A stretch of DNA of 64,000 bases, taken from Vitrella brassicaformis CCMP3155 (taxonomy: Eukaryota > Protista > Chromerida). Under the pieces are notes generated by a model, which did no database searches, was not told where the DNA came from, and was given only the letters and a program-made list of their open reading frames with translations. Of the stretch, positions 12,933-22,994 are shown piece after piece (position 1 is the stretch's first letter; every line of letters starts with the position of its first letter). A program made the translations under genes and the position numbers. The DNA lies in contig CDMY01000170.1 of the NCBI GenBank assembly GCA_001179505.1, positions 62,001 through 126,000 of the forward strand. Direction: 5' to 3'.

Positions 12933-13149
12933 ATCGATGAGCAAATCAGTGGTGCCTCATGGCATTGTGTAGAGAGGCACAGACAGCCGGGTGACAGAGT
13001 CTGACCGACTCGGAGAAGGCCCTCTGGGAGGATGAGTAGATGAGCATCGCGCAACGTGGCTGGTACCAGTTCGCTGCCACAGTGTGGATTCGAGTTCTGG
13101 CCGAATCCTGGCCTGTGGGCGATGGGGGCCCCCTTCCGCAAGACAAAAA

Positions 13150-15506
13150 ATGCGTTTCAATTTGTTGGCGGCGTTTTGCATGGTCCTTGCAGTGAGGCTG
13201 GGAGCAGCTGGCGTCCTCCCTTGTTCTTCCTCAGCTGAGCAACTACTTGGGCAGTGCGTACTCGATGCAGAGGGAATGCCGTCCTCGATGCCAATGCAGG
13301 GCCCGGTTCCGCCGCCTTCTCCGCTCCCAATTCCACCACCTTGGCCCGGCACAACCAACTTCCAGGTGCGAGCGATGATGCAGGAAGCCCGTACGGGTCC
13401 GCCATGGTTGATTTGTGGGCTTGCTTCGCAGGAGTTCCTGGATTATTACTACGGCTATCAACGTCGGCCCCTGAGCCACGCCGAACATGTGGAGGCCGAG
13501 GTACGAGCCATTCACTGCTGATTGCATGTTGTCACTGGCAATGGCTCTTGTGCTGTGATTTGAAGGAGATGAAGCCTACGGGAGGGGCGCTGAAGAATGT
13601 GGACATGAATGATGCCGCGTCGATGCTGCAAAAGCTGGAGACAAGTAGGCGACAAATAGGGGCGCGCCGAGGAGAAGACTATGCATGTTCTCCCTCTGTG
13701 TGTGTCTGCAGCGCTGCAGCAACTGCGAGAGGTGAACGCAGTGGAGGACCTGGTACGGACAGATAGAGGGAGCGAGCCGGTATGAACGCCCCACCCATTG
13801 CCGTGTGTTTTGCTGCTCAGATGAACTTCGAGACATCCCGTCACTCCAATAAGGACGTCGTGTTTATCGCCCCGCTTATGGCAAAGAACAGTGTTTCGCG
13901 TACGGAATTCGAAGAGCTCTACAGGACAGTGGAACGTCTGCAGAAAGAGGAGTTCGATATCGGCCCCGGCCATATTTTACCCTATTATGGCCCGGAGCTG
14001 TTTGACGTCTATTCTAATAATGACACCATCAGTTGCCTCCAAGCCTTCCTGCATGACACAATCCCTCTGAGTCGCAAGCGTTTGACATATATGCTTCGTC
14101 CAGCAGGACTCTTGCGGCCTCTGCAGTGCTTTGTCTTCCAACATTTCTACATCAGGGTCCGCTCACCCGAGACCTTCCAACCTGTAAGGCTGAGCTTGCG
14201 GGCAGATATCGTGTATGAAGATATGAGGGACGTCTACGCCTCAACCGACCTTCTCGTTCGCCTCAGCGGCAGATCGTTGATGTATTCCGAGTCATTTCGT
14301 GAGGAATTCTTTGCTCGTCAGGAGGCCAAGAAAGGACAAGCCAATTATGCACCGATTATCAAATCGGCGTTCCAGACCTTTCATGAGCTTAGCAAGCACC
14401 ATTGTCTTCGGGATCCTTTCAATTTCTTCGGCAGCATCCTGTTCTTCAACCCTTTTACAAGATATATCGAGATCTGGAAGGTGCCTACAGTTCGATCGCT
14501 GAAATCACTTCTTCGCACCCTCAATCGTATTCTGAATGCGAGGACAAAAAGAAAGCTTCTCAAGGCTGCCCACGACATCAATGTTCTTAAAACTCCATCG
14601 AAAGAGAGGGGAAATCGCGTCTCAGCGAATCAGAGGCGCATTCTTGACCTCAATGACGTGAAGCGAATTGAAGAGCTACGAGTTGCAGCAGGCCCAACGA
14701 CAATCAAGCAAGGAAACCAGGTCGTAGCGGAGCTTGCTGCTTTCTCTATTCGCCAGGCCGACAAATCCAGAGGTCATTTTGAGAGCAGAAGCCAAAAGCT
14801 GTTCTTCAAGATCCTCCATGACAAGTCAGAGCAGAAAAGACCACTGCAATATGTAAGTGAGAAAGTGAGCAGGTCATTGAATAAACCATCATGCCAAACT
14901 GACGTCTTGTTTTGTCCTGCCAGCTTTTTTCTGCCGCTGTCAATGAACGGGTTGCACAACCCATTCTTGGGCATCCGCAGATGCGTGGACGGGCTGAGCT
15001 TCCCCTGGAAAGCTCTGACTGGATCGTCTTAAAAGCTGCGACTATGTGCAACGATACCTGTTCATCCCGTGCCCCAGAGTGTGAGAAAACACCAAAGAGG
15101 ATAAGCATGCTGGCCACCGTGGAGACTCTATCTATCAACCGCCTCAAGGGCCTGGCCAGCGAAGCGGCTTTATTCTCTCTTGACGTGAGCGCTGTTTGCG
15201 TGGTCACAGATCTATTGGAGAAATGCAGATCGATATAGAGGAGTTGATACAGGTGTATTCTATGTGTGTGGCACAGAATGTATTTATCTTTCCTTTCGGT
15301 AACGTCATAGCGGCCTTTGATTCCCTTTATCAACGTCTTCGATCCACTCTTGAGTCGGCGATATACATATATGAGCGCCAAAAAGAGCGAATGGAGATAC
15401 GAAGGAGACAGGTCAGAATATAAATGAATGTGGTGGGTTGTCATTCATAGATGAGCACATCCTTGTCTCTTCCCTCTGTGTACACCTGTATGTGTGCCTA
15501 CAGTAA
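13150..15506 (+). CDS. Signal-peptide protein of unknown family; probably the N-terminal ectodomain part of the STRA6-like locus
   Basis: MRFNLLAAFCMVLAVRLGAAG signal peptide and a Pro-rich linker. Six exons join in frame, including one exon of about 1 kb (13821-14852). TAA lies immediately after the acceptor at 15503. Confidence 0.75.
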
Positions 15507-15717
15507 ACTGAGATAACTCGCGTTTTGACGAGAAGTCTGCGCGCAAAGGTTGATGGCGGTAGACGGCGACAGGTTACGGACATCATTTTCAAAGAAGGCC
15601 AAGCACAGGTGACTTCCTCATCCACCGAACAACCTTGCCTCGCTTGAAGGGGAGAGAAATTGTCTCTTTCCTTCACTGTCTATAAATGGCGTAGGACAAG
15701 TTTCCACTCTACGGCAA

Positions 15718-16765
15718 ATGGGAGAATTTCGTCGCCGCAATTGTTTCGCCGTTGCGTGTGTAGTGGGCTTCTGTTGCCTCAAAAAAAGAGCCGATGACAC
15801 GTCAATTGGGTCCTCTGACGATGTGCCGCTGGCGAACGAACGGCGGTGGAACTGGGTTACGTGCACCTTTCTCGATCTTCTCACGCCGTATGTATACATG
15901 CACATCCATGTATGCGTGCGTGTATGTTATTGTCGACTCTATAGATTGTCCCGTTTGTGTACTATCAGTCAGATCAAGTTTCAAACGGTCACTGTGGTTG
16001 GGATTGTCGCGCTTTCGCAAGTCATGCGGCAGGTCATTATGCTGGTCCAGCCGGAAAAGATAAGCAACGGATTCAGCACCAATGTACGTAGCAATGCAAA
16101 AAACCACCGAAGTTTGAGGACAAACGAGAGGGGAGGGGCACGTCATGTCGTCTGTGTTGTGCCTCCCTAGGTTATTCGAGGAGGGATGCTTTTTGCTCTC
16201 ATTTTGGCAGCGTCTCCACTCTTCCTCGGCAACAATATCCATCAGCCGAGATGGCGGAGTCTTACTCTTCTTCTTCTTCTTGGTAGCCTTATGTTATGGC
16301 AATGTTCATACAAAACCTTCTTCCACCAGTCGGATCGGAAGCCGTGGGTCGAGAACATTCTGCTGACAATTCCCATTATGACCTTCTTTCTTGTTTGGAC
16401 GTCTATTGAGGTTGGTCTGACCAAGACGAAAGGCTGGTTCTACAACATACTCAATCGGGAGGCCCTGAGACACGCAAAGCAGTATCTCAACCGAAGGCGA
16501 TCCTCTACAAGTGATCTACCTGCCACTTCTATGGCCTTGGCTCAAGCTCAACGCACAGGTGTGAATGCAAAGAGAACGCAAAGTGCCTTTGTCTTATTTA
16601 TTTTCTTGCCATCCAGAGCCCCCAGAGCGGCCTCATGCTTCATCACTTAGCGAGGGGTCATCAAATGAGGCCTCTTCTTCCAGAGCGTCGCACCCTGCAG
16701 GGGATAGGGGCAACAGCGTGACAGAGACATCAGCTCTACAGAGAGAAAGGACGACGAGTCGATGA
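15718..16765 (+). CDS. STRA6/RBP-receptor-like protein, N-terminal half (TM1-TM5)
   Basis: Hydrophobic segments follow STRA6 order: ...VVGFCCLKKR; TFLDLL; LILAASPLFL; LLLLGSLMLWQC; ILLTIPIMTFFLVW; then EALRHAKQYLNRRR. In-frame TGA at 16763-16765. Confidence 0.6.
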
Positions 16766-16786
16766 GGTGGATTGTTTCTGTCCACC

Positions 16787-19700
16787 ATGTTTATCGGCTT
16801 GATGTTTTTAACGCTGGTATACCTCATTCGCACTCACGTGAGCTACGTTATGACGATTGAGCATGCCACACAGCAGGGGTTGAGCGTTATACGAAAGGCA
16901 CACGACTCCAAATACGTGTAAGCAGATGTGCAGTACAGGCAGACAAATACAAACCAAACTGGCCGACGACAGCTTCATGCATTGTGCTTCTCATTCTTTT
17001 CACTGCAATTGCAGACCAGAGCTGCAGATACAAGTAAGTGGGTGGCAGCGTGAGATGACGCATGCCATGTCCATGCCATTTCCACTTGCGTCACGTGTTT
17101 GTGAGGATTTGTATATCTGAATGTTATTCTTATCAGTTCTTCCGATTCAAGTTCCGAGAGCAGTGGTCGAAAGCTGTAGATGCCCTCTACGAGACGTACC
17201 CCGTCCAGAAAAACAAAGGAAGCGCATATTTCGTTTCCCTTCCCGGAATGGATGTTTCGAGGCTAACCGACTTCTTGGTGCGTACAATACGGGCCAGATA
17301 CCTATCGGCGGCTCCATAATTTTGGACGTTATCGTTTGTCCTGCTGGTTCGCAGGAAACAGTGGAAGCTCATATTGGGACCCTTCTTTATCGCTTCTTGC
17401 GCACTACTGGGAGAATGCGTCCATCGACTGCGGCGCTTTCGACAATTCTATCGTTCAGTGCTGCGACATCTCCCGCAACCGCCTGGCACCTATTTGATCA
17501 CCTCTATGAGACCTACAGCTTGAAGTCCGGGGGGCTGAAATCCGACACGCACAACTTGAAGAAGCGTGCGTCCAGCCCTCTAGAATACAAACTAGATTGG
17601 TTTCTGAGAAGCCACCCAGTGTACCGGTGTCTCGACATGCTCTCCACCTATTCTGACAAGGATCCAATCCCAAAGGGACCAGCGGCTAGGACGAAAATCG
17701 GCAGGCTTTCCGCCGTCGCTGAGATGGAGACATGCTCGCAAACGACATTCGCGACGGTGCCCGTGAGGTCGCGGGAGTGGGGAGAAGGGAATCCAGATGT
17801 ACAAGAGCTGCTCCAGGTACCGCGCCCGCGGTCAAGAAACATCACATACATTGACCCCTTCTCCCCGAGGCTGGTCGATTTCTTCTACCTTCAGGCATGC
17901 ACACATGCACACGCACGCACGCCAAACCATACAATCGAAATTCATCTAAAGGCTGCTGTCTCCTATTGATGTAGTCAACTGATTACGACAGACGCGCTTC
18001 GTTGTCGGAGATCTCATGGGTCTGGCAACAAGGGATACCGTATCACGTAAGGCTCACTATGGGTAGGGGAATGCCCCTTTGTGTGTCCCCACTTGTGTGT
18101 CTCTGCCATGTGAATGATGGGTAAATCGACGACCAACAGCAATCCCTTACGAGGTTCGGTCAGCGGATGCGGTCGGGGTCCAATCAGTATGCGGTGCTGT
18201 TGAGTTTGAGGAGAATGCGGGATCTTCTCTCATCAGCGGCATTCTTCGGCTTGTTCAAGCATGACCAAAGCGTGCCCATCCAAAGTCTCCTCAAGTATTT
18301 GGCAGGTCAAGCGATTGATCCTGTCGTCAATCAGATGAAAGGTGGGGACACATAGAGGCTCTGTCTTTCACGCCTTTCAGCATTTCCAGTCTTTTTCACC
18401 GCCCTTCTGTCTGATTTCTTCGCCAAACTCATTGATGACGGGGTCGACATTGATGAGAAGATTATCACCTACCTACTTATGAGCGCCATGCCAGAGTGGT
18501 CAGCTTGCTTGTCGCATACATGCACGCAATCCTCTGATGCATGCGTGTATGATGTGCCTTGACGTGCCTTTGGCAGGGTCAACTCTGTGGTCAACTTTGA
18601 CTATATCGATGCAACACTGGATAAGGACCTGCTTCAGGTCAACTTGAGCATCCTCCGATGGTGCCTCCACGTCATTGCACTCGTGGCGCTCATCTTCGTC
18701 GCCTTCCTTCTCATGCGGACCCACGCGGCCTACCTCGATATGATGGACAGGCGGAGCACCGGATTCTGCTTCCATGACCTGCTGCAGCGGCCGTTGTCGA
18801 GAAACCACAGAGACTCGGCGCCAATGCAGAAGGCCAGAAGGCGGTCCATACAGCAATGGAAGGACAGAATGGGAGATGATGAGGGGCCTCCGCCGGAGGC
18901 TCCAGAAGGCCACGAACGATCTGCATCATTGCTGCTCCATGCGACCCACATCTATTTCGACGCCTCCTGCTTTCCCGGCGTGCTCTTTGGGACTGTTCTC
19001 ATTGCAGTAAGCAGGAATCCATACATGTCGATTGCCGCTTTGTGAACCGTCTGCCTGTGTCGTGTCTCTCCCCTCTGTATGCAGTACAACGGTGTCATCC
19101 TTGTGTTTGGCTCTCTCACGTTTCTTGTGCTTTTCTTCCTCTGCATTCCGCGAGTGAGGTCGTGGGTCATCGACTCAGGCATACTGCTGGCGATCGGCTT
19201 TGCTGCCATTCCAATCGCACGTGAAATCTCCCGCAGGTCAGCTTGCAGCTGATGAAAGGAGAGACACGTTCGCGTCACATGCATCTCTCCTGTCTGTCGG
19301 ATGAATGCGATACAGTTATCTATTTCACCATCGGTCTTGCATGATGGACCCCACGACCGGCGAGCCAAGCCGCCATCTCGCCTTCTCAATCGCTTTCCTG
19401 TTCTCAACTCTGGTGAACTTCGTCCTGGGTGTCCTCAGCAGTGTGCGGCGATTCCTGCTGGCCGCGTACTTCGGTTTTGTCAGCGCGTTCAGGTTCGGAA
19501 TCGCCTCTTTTCTCTTTGGCCCTGCTCATATATATGTGTGTGTGGGATGGGTACGTGCAGGTTCGACAAGAGTCCGTTTCCGGGCCACTTCCAGCCCTTT
19601 GACAAGACGTACCAGTCGTTCCTGGCTCTCTGCGAGCTGAGCCATCGCGAGTACAGCCTGCTGTACCGCGCCGCTGCCAAAGTCTTCATGGAGCTCTATC

Positions 19701-19870
19701 GTGAAATACTCGGCAAGAGACCTGATGCCCAGGACGCAACGACGCTTGCTGAGTCGTCTCCCCAATCGCAGCAGAGGCAGGTGATCCGTCTGCGGCACCG
19801 AAACCGGATGTGGCTGGCGGTGCTGCTGTCGAGAAATCCCAGCTTGAGGATGTGGAGAAGAAGGGATTGA
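16787..19870 (+). CDS. STRA6: STRA6/RBPR2-like receptor, C-terminal half (TM6-TM9, intramembrane helix, cytosolic tail) with a very large loop insert
   Basis: C-terminal match to human STRA6 recalled from memory. RHLAFSIAFLFSTLVNFVLGVLSSVRRFLLAAYFGFVSAFRFDKSPFPGHFQPFDKTYQSFL compares with [82 protein letters not shown] compares with [22 protein letters not shown]. All exons splice in frame from CCACCATG 16787. Confidence 0.8.
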
Positions 19871-20202
19871 GTTGCTGCTGCCTTGTGGTTGACTAGCGAT
19901 TGATGAGTGAGTTTTTGAGTGAATTGTGCACACACGCGTACGTGTGGTATCCTTCTCTCTGTGGTGTAGGTATCGTGTGGATGAATCTGCGTAAGCCATG
20001 GGTGCCAGGGATGCATCCACCCACCCACACACACAGACAGGCGAGACAGACAGCACGTCAATGCATGCGAACAATGGGATCGATCGATGTGACTGCCTGA
20101 TTATTCGTTCATGTGTATGTATGCGGCTGACACACAAACATCTTCGCATCAATTCAATGTCCTGAAACTTTCGTGAGTGTGCTGCTTGGTCGCTGTGCAA
20201 CG

Positions 20203-21214
20203 ATGTACACTGCAAGTGTTGCAAGCGAGAGGCCCGCCCGTGGCTCCCCAGCAGTGCTGGTGCTGCTGCTGAGTCTGTTCAACCTCCTGACCGCACCTCT
20301 GCTTCTCTCTCTTGCCAACGTGGCATCGACGTCCGCCATCCGCCGCTTGCACCTCATCAGTGCGGCCGTGAGACTGATTTCTGCCATGTGAGTGTGTGAA
20401 GCACCGGATGATTGATGGACACATCCACTGGTCATTCGATTGCTTGTGTCTGTGTGCGTCTGTGCGTGTCTGTTTCAGTCCTGGGTTCGGCTACGTCAGA
20501 GTGGACGCATGTGTAAGATGGACGGCGACAGACATGCCAGGCAGACATGTCTCTCTCTCCATTTATGTGTGTGTGTGTGCGCAGGACAAGAAGCGTCGAG
20601 TGAATCTGCTGACGTGGTTCTGTGCCTGCAATTGGCTCAACGTGTCCCTGCTCGTGTGGATTCTCATCTCATACGCGATGAGAGTGTCCGACGGCCGCCT
20701 CGGTACCCACATGAGCCCCCCAGGCCACATCGCTTCTCTGTGTGCCTCTCTCTCTTCATTCAGGCCCTCAAGCGTTCGCTTCCGCGCTCATCCAGACAGG
20801 CGTGTATGCGTTGATCCATGGCATGGTGTGTGTGCAAAAACAAGGCCAGAGCAAAGCCGCCGACACACAACTGACCAATGTGCGTGAGTCATGCACGTGG
20901 GGAGCAAGTTGACACACTCAGGCACACACACACACACACACGCACACACACACACAGTCTCTGTCACTCATTTGTCTCTGTCACTCATTTGTGTGCAGGC
21001 GGACGTTTCCATGTTTGCGGCCAAGAGCGACCTGAGCATCTTCCATGAGTCTTGGCTGCACAGCGACGCACCCATCATCGGCAGCGGCAGTTGCATGTCC
21101 CAGCGCACGGCCTCCTACTCCTTCAAGTCCGCCTACGACGATGTTGGCACATTCTGGCGGCTGGACCTGTCAGAAGAAAACATGTCAGACGACGATTGTG
21201 GGGCACTCATCTGA
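20203..21214 (+). CDS. Hypothetical small multi-pass membrane protein
   Basis: About 5 exons splice in frame. Hydrophobic stretches VLVLLLSLFNLLTAPLLLSL and LLTWFCACNWLNVSLLVWILISYAM. Start and one donor site are uncertain. Confidence 0.55.
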
Positions 21215-21539
21215 GCGAACGAATGAAAGGACATGGCCACAGCAGAGACGAGCCACATTCTCAGACAGACAGACAAACAGACAGACAGACACGAAACCTG
21301 AAAACACTTTGAATGCACGGTCGCATTGCACCATCCACCATCATTGGTGCATCGATGGTGGGTGGTGGGTGGTGGGTGATTCATGGATTCAATCACTGAC
21401 AAACCTTCTCCATGTTTAACGGAAGAGTTTGCCCCAAAGTCCATCGTCACCCTTTTTCCTACTTGAATTCCCTTCGCCCCTCGCCGCGATATGTGGACGT
21501 TTAGGATCCCGCCTCCTCGACCGCAAGAGGACATCGAAG

Positions 21540-22616
21540 ATGACGAGATCGAGGCCGTCATGGCTCAATCAGCTGAACCGGAGCTTACAGAGAGAAACGG
21601 GCTCACACTCAAGTAAGGGAGATCCCATGGCCACAAGCACAGGCAACACACGCACAGGAAGCGTCGCGTCATGTCGTTGGTGCGTGGGTGTGGGCAGGGA
21701 GATGCGCATGTGCACGCAGTTCCTCCGAGAGCCTCCCACACACGAGGTAGCGACAAGCAGCGCTCAGCCGGAGGAGGTCAGCCAACACAGGCATCACTGT
21801 CCAACGACTGCAACTCCTGACGCTCCCCTGCCTGCTCTTCAGTTGTGCTCTATTTGTCAGGAGGATCTTCGTTCGGCCAGCACCACCTGCCTGCAGCGTG
21901 TGCAGAGGTGTGGACACCTGTTCCACATCGAGTGCCTCCATCAATGGTGTGAGAACAACCACACGTGTCCGAACTGCAAGAGGAACCTGAGGAACGACGC
22001 CGTAAGACACACCACACAGATGAGGCATCTCTCAACTCGGGCAGAATGTGTGTGTGTGTGTGTTTGTGTTTGTGTGTATGGACTCTCCCTATCTCAAGGA
22101 AACCGAGGAGAATCAGTTGCGAATGCATTCAGGTGAGGCTGAGAATGGCAACGTCGCCGTGTCGTCGAGCCGCCCGTCGGACCAGGAGCACCGCAGCCAT
22201 TCCTCGTCGATGCTGGAGGTGGACAACCCCATTTTCGAGGCCCTGCTCAACGCACATTACAACGCACCCGGTCTCGCCAGACAACAACTGGTATGAAACC
22301 CAGAGAGCACAAAACAGGCGCAACAGTCACTCATGGCTGCCTGCCGTCTGTGGTCGATCTTCGCGCCAATATCCGTGATGTCTGTGTGCAGCCGTTTCAC
22401 TCGTTGCGAAGCTCGTCATCTCTCCGTAGAAGCAGACCCGCCCACTCACACTCGTCCCCCCCTGGCCCATCACCCCACGACGGCCATCTTGACGACCCCA
22501 TCAGCCACATCATGGAAGTCACCCAGTGCAGCAGACGGGAGGCACGGCAGGCACTCATGGCAACGGGCGACGTCGAGGAAAGCATCGTGATGCTGCTGGC
22601 AGAATCAGCGCAGTGA
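21540..22616 (+). CDS. RING-H2 zinc finger protein (putative E3 ligase) with a C-terminal UBA-like domain
   Basis: CSICQEDL...CGHLFHIECLHQWCENNHTCPNC. C-terminal ISHIMEVTQCSRREARQALMATGDVEESIVMLL. Confidence 0.85.
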
Positions 22617-22838
22617 GTGACAGAGAGGAGGGGGAGAGGGGGAGGGGGTGGGTGTGAGTGTGGATGTATGGACATGTGAATCGCTGACCGTGTATGCGTG
22701 TCTGCATAAAGCATGCAGGCATGCAGCATTTGTCCTGGTTGGGTGTTTGTGTGCTCCATCCATGCCTCTCTGTGTATCATTAGACCGACGAATTGCGCTC
22801 TTTTTTTGAATGATTGATTCGCTTGCAAGGGGTTTTTC

Positions 22839-22853
22839 AAACCCTAAACCCTA
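22839..22853. repeat. Two tandem plant-type telomeric units (AAACCCT)2A, interstitial
   Basis: aaaccctaaacccta lies about 140 nt upstream of ATG 22995. Confidence 0.5.
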
Positions 22854-22994
22854 CAGGCCGTTGGCGTACGTTTACATGGCATCGTTCTTCATGGTGCTTA
22901 GATCAACGCTCCCCATCGGGCCACCGATGACGTATTGACGAGGCGAAGTCGAATTCGGCGGGACGGGATCTCGCCGCGTGTATCGCACTGACAT

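Noticed and set aside
16763-16765. Selenocysteine at the in-frame TGA
   Set aside because: There is no redox-motif context, I could not identify a SECIS, and the locus has other lesion types (TAA, frameshift).
22839-22853. Telomere or functional telo-box
   Set aside because: Only two units, internal and seen at a single promoter; it is kept only as a low-confidence repeat.
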